From: a virus
Taxonomy: Duplodnaviria; Caudoviricetes
DNA length: 57,617 nt
Reading direction: 5' to 3' (one strand)
IMG/VR virus record: IMGVR_UViG_3300021956_000017
Location: 1 to 57,617 of that record
Shown here: piece by piece, positions 7,834 to 18,500 of the stretch
Layout: every line of letters begins with the position of its first letter
Position numbering within the stretch: the stretch's first letter is position 1
Notes under the pieces: generated by a model
Databases searched by the model: none
Seen by the model: only the letters and a program-made list of their open reading frames with translations
What the model was told of the DNA's origin: nothing
Made by a program: the position numbers and the translations under genes

Positions 7834-8498
7834 TGGTCAACGTCACATGGTCGCACTCAGGCTTGAAAGCCTACGAGCAGTGCCCCCGCCAGTACTACGA
7901 AGTATCGGTGCTCAAAAATTTCCCTAGAGGCGATACAGTGGCAACGCTGTACGGCAAGGAGCTACACACCGCTGCGGAGGAGTACATACGGGACAACAAG
8001 GCGCTGCCCAAGCAGTTCGAGTTCATGCAGTCAATGCTCGATGCGTTAATTGCCAAGCCCGGACGCAAGCTGTGCGAACATGAGATGGCGCTCACCAAAG
8101 ACCTGAAGCCCTGCGACTTCAACGACCCCAATCGGTGGGTGCGCGGGATTGCTGACTTGATTATTGTTAACGACGAGAACCTGACCGCAAGGGTGATTGA
8201 CTACAAGTCCGGCAACAACAAGTACCCCGACAGGGAGCAGCTCAAGTTGATGGCCTTGATGATATTCGCCCACTTCCCACACATCCGCAAGGTGAGTGGG
8301 GCGCTGCTGTTTGTGGTCAAGAACGACATGGTGCGCCAAGACCTGACCATCGACAAGGCCGAGGCCGAGTGGTGGAACTATCGAAAGCGCGTAGCTCGTA
8401 TTGAGCAAGCACACGAGACAGGCGTGTGGAACCCCAAGCCAACCCCACTATGCGGTTGGTGTCCTGTAGTGAAGTGTCTCCATAACCCCAAGCATTGA
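7833..8498 (+). CDS. PD-(D/E)XK (Cas4/RecB-like) exonuclease
   Basis: WSHS..YEQCPRQY, G.ELH, RGIAD...IDYKSG, QL, C-terminal CGWCPV.KC. Confidence 0.9.
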   Translation: MVNVTWSHSGLKAYEQCPRQYYEVSVLKNFPRGDTVATLYGKELHTAAEEYIRDNKALPKQFEFMQSMLDALIAKPGRKLCEHEMALTKDLKPCDFNDPNRWVRGIADLIIVNDENLTARVIDYKSGNNKYPDREQLKLMALMIFAHFPHIRKVSGALLFVVKNDMVRQDLTIDKAEAEWWNYRKRVARIEQAHETGVWNPKPTPLCGWCPVVKCLHNPKH

Positions 8499-8509
8499 AA
8501 GGACGTACT

Positions 8510-8743
8510 GTGGCAACCCGTGACTACAAGAAGGAATACCAACAAGACCTCAAGACCGGCAAGTCCGGGCCGGGGTCAGACCAACATGAGCGCCAACGTG
8601 CGCGACGCAAGTACGACAAAGAAGGCATCGACCGCGCTGGCAAAGACATCGACCATATCAAACCCCTACGCAAAGGCGGCAAGTCCACACCGGGCAACCT
8701 GCGGTTGCGAAGCAAGTCAGCCAATCAAGGCGACAACAAGTGA
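8510..8743 (+). CDS. small HNH endonuclease
   Basis: DIDHIKPLRKGG...NLRL.S..AN; GTG start after AAGGA. Confidence 0.8.
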   Translation: MATRDYKKEYQQDLKTGKSGPGSDQHERQRARRKYDKEGIDRAGKDIDHIKPLRKGGKSTPGNLRLRSKSANQGDNK

Positions 8744-8744
8744 T

Positions 8745-8867
8745 GTGCACTGCGCAGACTTCGACGAAGACTGCGCATACGTTCCAAATAAAACAAAGTG
8801 CTGGTTGTACCAGCCGGAGAAGGGGTTATGCCCCTATCTCCAAGGAGAAGTAAATGGAAATTATTGA
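8745..8867 (+). CDS. putative small Cys-rich peptide (40 aa)
   Basis: GTG start right after the HNH stop; HCADFDEDC...KCW...LCP. Confidence 0.35.
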   Translation: MHCADFDEDCAYVPNKTKCWLYQPEKGLCPYLQGEVNGNY

Positions 8868-10413
8868 CGACAAAGCGCTCTTACTAAAAACTCGCAACCC
8901 ACACAAGTACGCAATCATCCCGAAGCACAAGGTCGTTAGCGAGAGCAACGGCACGTATGAGGTGTTGGTTCACTGGGGTTTAGAAGAGACGCAGGTGCTG
9001 CGCAACCTTGGCGTAAAGGATGTGCCCTCGCCCATCACACGGCGCTACAACTGGCCCGGCAAGTACAAGCCGATGGCACACCAGATACAGACAGCGGACT
9101 TCCTCACGCTGCACCGCAAGGCGTTTGTGTTCAGTGAACCCGGTACAGGCAAGACGTTGAGCGCTTTGTGGGCCGCAGACTACCTGATGAACATCAAGCA
9201 TGTTCGCCGTGTGTTGATTCTGTGCCCGCTGTCCATCATGCACAGCGCGTGGTTGGGCGACTTGAGCAACAGCGTTATCCATCGGTCGGCGGTGGTGGCC
9301 CACCACACGCAGTCGTCGCGGCGTATTGAGATGGTGCAGGAAGACTACGAGTTCGTCATCGCCAACTATGACGGGCTGAACCTGATTGCCAACGAAATCA
9401 TCAACGATGGGCGCTTCGACTTGGTGATTGTGGACGAAGCCAACGCCTACAAGACCCCGACGACCAATCGCTGGAAGTCGCTCAAAGCCATTCTGAGGCC
9501 GGAGACTAGGCTGTGGATGATGACCGGCACGCCTGCATCGCAGTCGCCCGTGGATGCGTACGGTCTGGCCAAGCTGGTCAACCCCGGCGGTGTGCCTAAT
9601 TTTTATACAGCGTGGCGGGACAAGGTGATGCTCAAGGCCACCATGTTCAAGTGGGTTCCCAAGCCCGAGGCCAAGGCGCTGGTGCTGGAGGCGCTACAGC
9701 CCGCCATACGCTTCACAAAGGAGCAGTGCCTAGACCTACCGCCAGTGATGACAATGACGCGCACCGTGGCCCTAACGCCGCAGCAAATCAAGTACTACAA
9801 CGCACTCAAAGACCGGCTCATGGTGGAGGCAGCGGGCGAGACCATCACGGCAGTCAACGCGGCAGCAGGGGTCAGCAAGCTGCTGCAAATCAGTTGCGGC
9901 GCTGTGTATACAGACGACAAAGACGTTGTGGAGTTCGACGCTACCCCGCGCCTGAACGAGCTGAACGCCATACTGGAGGAGACCGACCGCAAGGTGCTGG
10001 TGTTTGCCCTGTTCCGCAGCAGCATCGACACCATCCACACGCACCTGACCAAGCACAGCATCAGCGCTGAGTGCATTCATGGTGGGGTTTCACCCACCAA
10101 GCGGGCGGATATCATCCGGCGCTTTCAGCACGAACCCAGCCCCCGCGTCCTTGTCATGCAGCCCCAAGCCACCGCCCACGGGATTACCCTAACTGCCGCC
10201 GACACGGTGGTGTTCTTTGGGCCGTTGATGAGCGTTGAGCAGTACATCCAGTGTATTGCGCGGGCTGACCGCAAGGGGCAGAACGCCGACAAGGTGTCGG
10301 TCTACCACATCGAGAGCAGCCCGATTGAGAAGAAAATGTTCAGTGCGTTGGTCTCAAAGGTGGATGACAACTTCCTTTTGACCGACATGTTTAAAACCGA
10401 AATTAGCAATTAA
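8854..10413 (+). CDS. SNF2-like superfamily 2 helicase
   Basis: PGTGKT Walker A, VDEA Walker B, MTGTP motif III, HGITL and QCIARADRKGQ motifs V/VI. Confidence 0.93.
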   Translation: MEIIDDKALLLKTRNPHKYAIIPKHKVVSESNGTYEVLVHWGLEETQVLRNLGVKDVPSPITRRYNWPGKYKPMAHQIQTADFLTLHRKAFVFSEPGTGKTLSALWAADYLMNIKHVRRVLILCPLSIMHSAWLGDLSNSVIHRSAVVAHHTQSSRRIEMVQEDYEFVIANYDGLNLIANEIINDGRFDLVIVDEANAYKTPTTNRWKSLKAILRPETRLWMMTGTPASQSPVDAYGLAKLVNPGGVPNFYTAWRDKVMLKATMFKWVPKPEAKALVLEALQPAIRFTKEQCLDLPPVMTMTRTVALTPQQIKYYNALKDRLMVEAAGETITAVNAAAGVSKLLQISCGAVYTDDKDVVEFDATPRLNELNAILEETDRKVLVFALFRSSIDTIHTHLTKHSISAECIHGGVSPTKRADIIRRFQHEPSPRVLVMQPQATAHGITLTAADTVVFFGPLMSVEQYIQCIARADRKGQNADKVSVYHIESSPIEKKMFSALVSKVDDNFLLTDMFKTEISN

Positions 10414-10421
10414 GAAAGGAG

Positions 10422-10449
10422 TTGCAGACGCCGAAAAATCGTGTACACT
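10422..10449 (+). promoter_or_regulatory. putative sigma70 promoter
   Basis: TTGCAG-16 nt-TACACT in the intergenic gap before the SSB operon. Confidence 0.5.
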
Positions 10450-10483
10450 TGTCAAACACTAGACACAACAACAGGAGAAGTAG

Positions 10484-10885
10484 ATGACTGAAGAAGCTAT
10501 CCCCATTGATAAGCTGACCAAGATTTACCGCAAAATCAAAGCGGAAATCGACCAACTGACCAAAGAGTACGACACGCGAGTGGAAGAACTCAAGGCATCG
10601 CAAGACGAGATTAAGTTTGCGATTAAAGACCAGATGAAAGCGCTTGGCGTTTCGTCTGTGAAAACCGAGTTTGGCACTGTCTCAATGGCCAACAAAACGC
10701 GGTACTCCACCCAAGACTGGGACTCGTTCAAGACGTTCATTGTCGAGCACGATGTCGTGGACTTGTTGGAGAAGCGGATTGCCCAACTGAACATGGCCAA
10801 ATTTTTAGAAGACAACCCCGGTGTTGTTCCCCCCGGTCTCAATGCTTTTAGCGACTTTGAGATTCGTATTACCAAACCACGTTAA
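10484..10885 (+). CDS. conserved replication-module coiled-coil protein (Gam/gp157-like architecture)
   Basis: Coiled coil followed by SVKTEFGTV, DWDSF and PPGL motifs; AGGAG SD. Confidence 0.7.
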   Translation: MTEEAIPIDKLTKIYRKIKAEIDQLTKEYDTRVEELKASQDEIKFAIKDQMKALGVSSVKTEFGTVSMANKTRYSTQDWDSFKTFIVEHDVVDLLEKRIAQLNMAKFLEDNPGVVPPGLNAFSDFEIRITKPR

Positions 10886-10895
10886 GAGAGAACCC

Positions 10896-11861
10896 ATGAG
10901 CAACCTTGCTACATTCAACCCATCCAAAGTCCCAGCCTTTGCACGCAACAACGCACTGTCGGATACCGCCCGCGCACTGGCCGGTAGTGATTCCGCTGGC
11001 GGCGGTAAGCGCATCTCCATCAAGGGCGGGGTGTTCCGTCTGCTGAGCGAAGGCAAAGAGGTGGCCAGCATTGAAGAGCGCCACTTGGACGTCATCATCA
11101 TCAAGGCAGCGCCGAAGGTGAGCCGCCAGTACTACTCTGCCAAATACGACCCGGATGCTGCTGCCGCCGCACCGGACTGCACCTCGGCTGATGGTGAGAC
11201 CCCTGACAGCAACGTGAAGGCCCGTCAGTCGGCAAGCTGCGCTACCTGCCCACAGAACGTGGCAGGGTCAGGCCAAGGTAACAGCCGTGCTTGCCGCTAT
11301 CAGCACAAGCTGGCCGTGGTATTGGAGAGCGACCCCGAAGGCGATGTGATGCAGCTCATCCTGCCCGCAGGCTCTATCTTTGGCAAGGCTGAAGGGGACA
11401 AGCGCCCACTGCAAGCGTACGCCCGCTATCTGGCTTCGCAGAACCCGCCCATCAATCCCGAGCAGATTGTGACCCGCATGAAGTTCGACACAAGCCAAGA
11501 GTCCCCCACGCTGGTGTTCCAGCCCGCCCGCTGGTTGACCGATGACGAGTACGAAATCTCCATGAGCCAAGGCAAGACTGCCGATGCCGAGCGTGCTGTT
11601 GGCGCAAGCGCCGCTGCTGTCGATGGTGCAGCCCCCATCAAGCTGGCCGGTGCACCGCCTGCCAAGGTCAAGGCCGCAGCAGCCGAGGAAGAGGAAGCCC
11701 CTGCACCCAAGCCTACCCGCGCCAAAGCTAAGCCAAAGGCTGAAGTGGTGGAGGAGGATGAGTCCGAGCCGGAAGTGCGCAAGGCAGCACCCGCTGCGTC
11801 TGCTGTGCCGGTCAAGTCCAGCAAGCTGGCCAGCATCGTGTCTGACTGGGACGACGAGTAA
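10896..11861 (+). CDS. putative single-stranded DNA-binding protein
   Basis: RISIKGGVF, CATCPQN...AC zinc site, Ala/Pro/Lys linker, acidic tail SDWDDE; replication context. Confidence 0.7.
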   Translation: MSNLATFNPSKVPAFARNNALSDTARALAGSDSAGGGKRISIKGGVFRLLSEGKEVASIEERHLDVIIIKAAPKVSRQYYSAKYDPDAAAAAPDCTSADGETPDSNVKARQSASCATCPQNVAGSGQGNSRACRYQHKLAVVLESDPEGDVMQLILPAGSIFGKAEGDKRPLQAYARYLASQNPPINPEQIVTRMKFDTSQESPTLVFQPARWLTDDEYEISMSQGKTADAERAVGASAAAVDGAAPIKLAGAPPAKVKAAAAEEEEAPAPKPTRAKAKPKAEVVEEDESEPEVRKAAPAASAVPVKSSKLASIVSDWDDE

Positions 11862-11960
11862 TTTTTCGGGGGCTGAAAGCAGTAAAAAGCTCAGGGCTGG
11901 TACACCACGGGACTCATCGCAAGATAAAGCCGAAATAGACCACAGCCCCCACCTATAACT

Positions 11961-12239
11961 ATGGCTTATTCACCAAAAATTAAGGAGCTTGTGGCTTCGT
12001 CCCCCAAGACGCTGGGCAACCAGCTCGGGCGGTGGGCAATCCACTTGAACTTCCCTGTTACGAAGATTGCGTACGCGCTGGGCGTAACGCGTCAGACTGT
12101 CTACAACTGGTTTGAGGGGCGGGACATTTTCCCTGCCTACCAGAACCGTGTTGAATTTCTTTTATCAATTATGCGGTCGTCGAAAACGGCAGACCAAGCG
12201 TGGAGAACAATATGCAAAGAGTACAACTTGAAGCCCTGA
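11961..12239 (+). CDS. helix-turn-helix DNA-binding protein (Cro/XRE-like)
   Basis: VTKIAYALGVTRQTVYNWFEG. Confidence 0.85.
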   Translation: MAYSPKIKELVASSPKTLGNQLGRWAIHLNFPVTKIAYALGVTRQTVYNWFEGRDIFPAYQNRVEFLLSIMRSSKTADQAWRTICKEYNLKP

Positions 12240-12421
12240 AACCCAGCATGCTGAGCGACGAAGAGTTCGCCAAATACGTCACGCTGCATACGCCGGAACA
12301 GTTGCCCATGTCGTGGGTGGCCGAGTTGGTTGAGCGCTTCATTGCAAAGCTGAAGACTGTTGACGCACTGGAGAGCGCTGTCGCTGCGCTTGAAGAAGAA
12401 CTCCTCGACACCGCCGAATAA
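12200..12421 (+). CDS. hypothetical protein
   Basis: ORF between HTH and primase; true start may be the ATG at 12212 after GGAG. Confidence 0.6.
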   Translation: MENNMQRVQLEALKPSMLSDEEFAKYVTLHTPEQLPMSWVAELVERFIAKLKTVDALESAVAALEEELLDTAE

Positions 12422-12439
12422 CCCAACCCAAGGATTTCT

Positions 12440-15391
12440 ATGGACGCGCTTGCTTTCATGGCGGCAGTCCTGCCACCTCCGGGTAATGGGCGTTACTGCG
12501 TGGTAGAGCTGACAAACAAAAAAGAACACGTATTCGTAAAGGAGATTGAAGACACAGAACCGACACTTGCACGCTGGCGTAAACAGAACTGCGACATCTA
12601 CTTTGCGCTGGGCACATTTGGCGGCGAGGACAAGCGCGTTGCTACCAACAGCCAGATGGTCAAGTGCATTGCGATTGACGTTGACTGCAACCACCCACGC
12701 GACATACCGGACGAGAACGGCGTAGTCACACCCAAGGCGTACCCCGCTGCGCGAGTGGCGGCACAGGCCATACTGGACTTCTGTCAGGCAACAGGTCTGG
12801 CAGGGCTTGGCGAGCCGTGGATGGTGGCATCAGGCGGTGGCGTGCATGCGTACTGGCCCCTGACCGAGGCGGTCAGCATTGCCGATTGGAAGCCGGTGGC
12901 TGAAGCATTCAAGCGCTTATGTGTCTTGCACAAGCTGCACATTGACATGACGGTGACTGCGGATGCCTCACGGGTACTGCGGGTTCCCGATACGGTGAAC
13001 AACGGGGTCAAGGGCAAGAAGCGTGTGCGTGAGCGCACCAATGTCCGGTTCATGCACGAGGGCAGCTACTTCGACATTGAGGACATCAGCGCCTTGGTGC
13101 ACAAGGGCTTGGCCGGTACAGCGCTGGAGGTCAAGGCCCCTAAGCCGTCCAACACCCTGACACTACCCGGCGTACGCCCAACGGCAAGCGTAGCGGCGCA
13201 GCCCATCACGCTGTACCCCAACAGCAGCACCAAGTTTGGCAACATCTTCAAGGCAACTAAAAAGGGTGCGGGTTGCGAACAGCTTGCACACTATGTCGAG
13301 AACGCTGACCAAGACGGCATGGAGCCGCTATGGCGCGGGCTGTTGAGCATTGCCCAGAAGTGTGACGACGGGGACAGGGCATCCGTATGGTTGAGCGGGC
13401 TGCACCCCTACAGTGAAGAGCGGATGCAGAACAAGCTGGCTGAAATTAAGGGGCCGTATCCCTGCATCAAGTTTGACTCAGAGAACCCCGGCGTGTGCAC
13501 ATCGTGCAAGCATTGGGGCAAGATAACCAACCCGCTGGCCCTTGGGCGGGAGTACAGCACCGAGACCGCGGTCAAAGAAATCGAGGTGGTCATCCCCCAC
13601 GCCTCGACAGACCCCCGCAAGATTCTGCGGCCCGAAGCACCCCGTGGCTATGCCTATGGTCGGGATGGGGGAGTATTCATTGAGAAGGACGACGAAGACG
13701 CAGAAGGCAACAAGATTAAGCGCCAGATATTGCTGGTTCCCTACGACCTGTTCCCGTTGGATATTTTGAACAGCAACGGAGAGCACACCATTCACATGCT
13801 GGCGCTGCGCCCCGAGGGTACGCAGACCGTCACACTGCCACAGAAATCGGTAGTAAGTAAGGACGACACCCTCAAGAGCCTTGCCCAACAGAACATCCTT
13901 GCGTCATTCGGCGCAGGCAACGACAAGAACTTGTTTGATTACATACGAGCGAGTGTAGAAAAAATGAGCACTGAGAAGCAACCCGTCAAAGTCCCCGGCA
14001 ACACCGGCTGGCAACCCGACGACACGTTTGTGTACGGCGGCAAGATTTACTCCACGGCTGAGCCGCTGGCCGTCCCGATGCTGGGTATGGAGAACATCGT
14101 CAACAACACCCAGTCCAAGGGCACGCTGGACGGATGGAAGAACGTCATCAACTTGTTCATCCGCAAGAAGATGTACGACCACTTGGCCATCATTCTGTTC
14201 AGCGCTGGCGCTCCACTGATGCGCTTCACCGGCATCTACGGGCTGACCATTCACTGCGGCTCAACCGAGTCAGGCACAGGTAAGTCGCTGGCGCTGGAGG
14301 GTGCGGCATCTATCTGGGGGCATCCGGTGCACTACCGCACAGGCAAGAGCACATCGCCGGTCGCCATGCAGCAGCGCTTGGGGTTACTCAACAGCATGCC
14401 CTTGATTACGGACGAGATTACCAGCAAGAACCGAGCGTCTCCTGAGTGGTTCTCCGAGTTCCTGCTGGACATGACCGAGGGGCGCGGCAAGGAGCGTATG
14501 GAGTCCGGGGCCAACAAGGAGCGGCTGAACCTGTCCACATGGATGTCGATGGCGCTGATGTCATCCAACACCCACGTTGTCGATACGCTGACGGGCGCAC
14601 GCAAGCATGCTGCCGAAGGTGAGCTGCGCCGCCTGCTGGACTTTGTGCTGGACGCGGAGCTGTCTTGGGAGCCGCACGAGGTGGAGATTATCAAGAGCTT
14701 GGGCCAGAACTACGGCGTGGTGGGGGAGCTGTACGCGGACTACCTTGCCAAGCATGTGCCCGAGCTGACCACGTTTGTGCCTGAAGTGGTGGCCAATACC
14801 TACAAGGACTTCAACGCCACCAACGACGAGCGCTTCTGGATGGCAGGGATTGGGGCGGCAATGGCCGCAGGGCTGGCGCTGGGGCGTAACCACGCTGGCA
14901 TCGTTGACTTCCCCCTACCGGAGATTCTGGACGCGTACAAGCGTTGCGTAGAGTACATGCGCAGCAACATTCACACCAATACTCGCACCGCCGAGGACGT
15001 GCTGAACGCCTATACCCGCGAAAACTACGGGCACTTTGTGGTGGTCAACTTCGGGGCTGCTGGCGGTGTGCTGGCGCAGATGGGTGATGGCGCTGTGATT
15101 GACAAGAGCACCACGCGCTCCCATGTCATGGGCCGTATCGAGAACGGCGTTACGGCGGGGTACGTTGACTACTACGTGGACGAGCGGCAGATGAAAGCGT
15201 TCTGCGCCACCATGAGCTTTGGCTACGCTGACTTCAAGAAGCAGATGGAGCAGCAGTTTGCGGTGACGTACATGCCCAAGAAAGACTTGATGGGGCGCAC
15301 CAACGGCCCGCACATGCGTGTGGCGGTGATGAAGATTTCTCGGCGGGTGGATGAAGAAACTGCTTTACAAATACCCGTGGCAGAAGATTGA
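12440..15391 (+). CDS. primase-helicase fusion (RepB/AEP-like primase, Cys-rich domain, DUF927, P-loop helicase)
   Basis: IDVD, SGGGVHAYW, SRVLRVP primase motifs; PYPC..F....PGVCTSCKHW; ESGTGKS Walker A, ITDE Walker B, GRGKER, SSN. Confidence 0.88.
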   Translation: MDALAFMAAVLPPPGNGRYCVVELTNKKEHVFVKEIEDTEPTLARWRKQNCDIYFALGTFGGEDKRVATNSQMVKCIAIDVDCNHPRDIPDENGVVTPKAYPAARVAAQAILDFCQATGLAGLGEPWMVASGGGVHAYWPLTEAVSIADWKPVAEAFKRLCVLHKLHIDMTVTADASRVLRVPDTVNNGVKGKKRVRERTNVRFMHEGSYFDIEDISALVHKGLAGTALEVKAPKPSNTLTLPGVRPTASVAAQPITLYPNSSTKFGNIFKATKKGAGCEQLAHYVENADQDGMEPLWRGLLSIAQKCDDGDRASVWLSGLHPYSEERMQNKLAEIKGPYPCIKFDSENPGVCTSCKHWGKITNPLALGREYSTETAVKEIEVVIPHASTDPRKILRPEAPRGYAYGRDGGVFIEKDDEDAEGNKIKRQILLVPYDLFPLDILNSNGEHTIHMLALRPEGTQTVTLPQKSVVSKDDTLKSLAQQNILASFGAGNDKNLFDYIRASVEKMSTEKQPVKVPGNTGWQPDDTFVYGGKIYSTAEPLAVPMLGMENIVNNTQSKGTLDGWKNVINLFIRKKMYDHLAIILFSAGAPLMRFTGIYGLTIHCGSTESGTGKSLALEGAASIWGHPVHYRTGKSTSPVAMQQRLGLLNSMPLITDEITSKNRASPEWFSEFLLDMTEGRGKERMESGANKERLNLSTWMSMALMSSNTHVVDTLTGARKHAAEGELRRLLDFVLDAELSWEPHEVEIIKSLGQNYGVVGELYADYLAKHVPELTTFVPEVVANTYKDFNATNDERFWMAGIGAAMAAGLALGRNHAGIVDFPLPEILDAYKRCVEYMRSNIHTNTRTAEDVLNAYTRENYGHFVVVNFGAAGGVLAQMGDGAVIDKSTTRSHVMGRIENGVTAGYVDYYVDERQMKAFCATMSFGYADFKKQMEQQFAVTYMPKKDLMGRTNGPHMRVAVMKISRRVDEETALQIPVAED

Positions 15392-15560
15392 GCGGGGGCA
15401 GGGGTTCTTCATCCCCTGCTTGGACGTTGTGGCCGTCAAGGAAGCGGGCCTACAAGCAGCCCTGCGGCATCGGTACTTTGGCGCTAAGGCCGAGGTCGGT
15501 ATCCGCAATGGGCTGCTTGGGGTCTGGTTCTACCGTCCGGCTAAGACTCCAGCTCCTTGA
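15351..15560 (+). CDS. small conserved phage protein
   Basis: YPWQKIERGQGFFIPC...GVWFYR; last gene of the + strand block, overlapping the convergent gene's stop. Confidence 0.65.
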   Translation: MKKLLYKYPWQKIERGQGFFIPCLDVVAVKEAGLQAALRHRYFGAKAEVGIRNGLLGVWFYRPAKTPAP

Positions 15561-18500
15561 TGCGCTGTTCAAACTTTGATGCCAAGTCCTGCTTGCGCTT
15601 TTCAAGGTCGTCGATGCGCTTGCGCTTCTCGTCGCCGGGCATATTCGCACCGCGAATCCGTTCTTCCATTGCCCGAATGTTGCCCATCAACTTCTGATAC
15701 TGCAAGGCCATAGGCGCAACGCGAAGCTCGGTACGGTGGTTTTCCACAAAGTCTTTGGCATCTGCGGCCCGGCCTTCCCGTTTCATGGCGTCGAAATCGC
15801 GCTTGGCCTGCATCGCCTCATCCGCCAGTTTGTACATGACGTCCGCGTCAGCACCGCCGTACTTCTTCTGGAACGCGCTACCAATGAACGACATCTCCGA
15901 CAAGTTTTTGGGCACAGGCTCCACTTCACCGTCTTTGAACAGCCCATTGGTTGCAGCCAGCACGGCAAGGGGAATCTGCCCAAAATAGCCGGACACGATG
16001 CGCTCAATCTGAATGGGTGACAGGACAGGCGCAAACTTGCTCATGGCCTTGGCCAGCTCGGTGGTGTTGGCGTTGTAGCGCTCCTCCACGCTCTTGCCAC
16101 GAAGACGGGTTGACTCCAGCTCGAAGCCGGTGTTGAAGTCTTTGTTCGTCCACACCTCCGCAATCGGTTTGACGACCTGCGGCACACCCATAGAAGACGC
16201 GCCGGGGATAGCGCCCTTAAACATGCTTTGAAGCGCGGCAAGCTGCTGCCCGCCATCCGTCTGCCCGGCCATAGCGTCTGCTGCGGCTGCGCCCAACGAA
16301 AAGAACCAGCCAAACTCGTACGGGATGGGCAGTTTCAGCGGTTCATCCAGCCCCGGCACATGCATAAAGAAGTTGCTGTACCGGTCTTTGGGCTTGGCGT
16401 TCTTGTAGTAGTCGTCATCCTGCATAGCCATTGCGTATGCGATGCCGCCCGCAGCCAGCAGCATGGCGTTGTTGTAAAACTTCTGCTTGATTTTGAGCTG
16501 CTCGTTAAACGGCATCTGCCCGGTGGCTGCTTTGTACAGGACGTTCAAGCCCTGAATCTGGGCATTGAAGAACGGAATCATCCGGCTGGCGTACTGGATT
16601 GCTGGCGACAGACCCCGCTTGTGGAAGTTCATCGACTCCATGACGGCAAACTCTGCCTCCACTTCCGACAGCCCGTTCTTGATGGCGTTCTCGTACACCA
16701 GCGCCCGTGTGGCAGCATCGGCATTGAGCGCGGCCTTGTCAGCCATGCGGAACAGTTTGTCGAAGGCGTTGAAGTCCTTGCCGCTTGCCAGTTGCAGCGC
16801 AAACTTGGAGATGTCGTCCGGGTCACCTGTGAAGATGCCGCTCTGCATCAAGCCTTTTTTAATCAACTCCGCCGCAGTATTACTCTGCCCGGTGCTCATC
16901 TTCAAGAACTCTTTGTTGGCTTTGTAAACTGCGGTCAGCATGCCGTAGTCCAGCCCGGAAGTGGCGGTTGCCGCCATAGGGTCACGGAACAACTGACGCA
17001 GCAGGTACAGCGGAGTGCGGGTAACACCGGCACGCAACAGGTCACCGGCAATGCCGCCCCACTTCAAGAACCCCGGCAGCGTCAGGGGCGCGCCCTCAAG
17101 GCTTTGAATCAATAACTCCGCCGGGATACCCTCGGCCACCGTTCCGTTGGTTTGTACGCGCACATGGCGCTCACCATTGTCTTTGGGGTCGTTGGGGTCA
17201 GGCTCTTGGTTAAACCGGATGATGCTGGCGTCAGACGCCACGCCGTAACCCTTGCGGACTTGCATACTGTCCGTGGCTTTACCAATCTCCTGCATGGCAT
17301 AGCCCACATTGCGAGCGGCCAAGTTGGTCAGGGCCTTGTTCACCAACAACGTGGTGTTGCGCGGGATGGACTCGTTGATGGGCAGAATCTTGGCTTCGCC
17401 GCCCTTGAGTGCTGCCAGATGTGGCTGGTGGCGGATGTCGCCAATGCGGATGGTGCGCTCACCACCAAACACCAGCTCGGCTATGCCGTTCTCTTTGACC
17501 CGGTAGTACGGAACGTAGTCGCCGTCACGCAGGAAGTCCCGCGCCTCGGCCTTGGTGATAGCGCCCGTATCTGCCAAGAACTCAATCATTCCCTTGTTGT
17601 AGGCGTTGTACCGCTCACGCACTTTCTCCAGTGCGGCTTTCAGTTGGGGGTTGGCTTCCGCCGCCGCCATTGCAGCGTCAACTTCTTGCTGGGTAATACC
17701 CAAGGCCCCGAGGTCTAGCTTGGCCAGCCCTTTGTTGGCAGCACGCTGCGCAATCAGGTACATGGTTGCCATCTGCATTTTGGCGGCTTCATTGCCGTAC
17801 CTATCTGGGATGTCGCCTACCGCAGCAAACACCTCCTTGGCGCTGTCTTTCCCGGTGCTGCGGATTCCTTTGAGCCCCTTGTCGTCTTCGTATATTTCCA
17901 ACGGCCCATTGCTCAGTGCGGACAATACCAACGGCATCTTCTGGTCGGCCTTGGTGTAGCTGTACATGGCCTGCTGAAACAGGCGGGAGTCGCCAAACGC
18001 CTTGGCTCCCATCTCCATTACCTTGCGCAAAGCCGCCCGCATATCGGTCGTCTGCATCTCAAACTCAAGCGCGTAGTTTGAACCACCACGCATGGTCTGC
18101 CACCAGCCCTGCTTCTGCGCTACGGTTCTTTGCGCCAGTTGGGACAAGTCATTGTCTTCGCCGTACTTGGCTGCTTTGGCAAACGCTTGTTGTTCGCCCG
18201 GTTTGGCAAAGTACGTCTCCGACGGCATGTAGATTTTCTCAATCAAGTCCAGCGCTTGTTTGCTTGGAGGTTGATTGAACAAGCCCGCTATCCAGCGTTT
18301 CAATTTCTGCCAAAGCGACTCAGGCTTGCCGATACCGTCCAAACGGTCGCGGAAGTCTTTGCTGGAGTTGACCTCGGACATGAACTCGTGCACGTCCTTG
18401 ATGCCGTACTGGCCTTTCAAATCCAACCGGCTTTCAGCCGCCTTGAACAAGTTGATGATGCCCTGCTTGGACGCACGCTGCATTGGCGTTAGCTGGGAGT

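Noticed and set aside
8520-8867. 115-aa ORF overlapping the HNH gene
   Set aside because: The 5' two-thirds is an alternate frame of the HNH; only the 3' Cys-rich part from GTG 8745 is plausible
11868-11950. tRNA or hammerhead ribozyme
   Set aside because: No TTC T-loop/cloverleaf and no complete CUGANGA core
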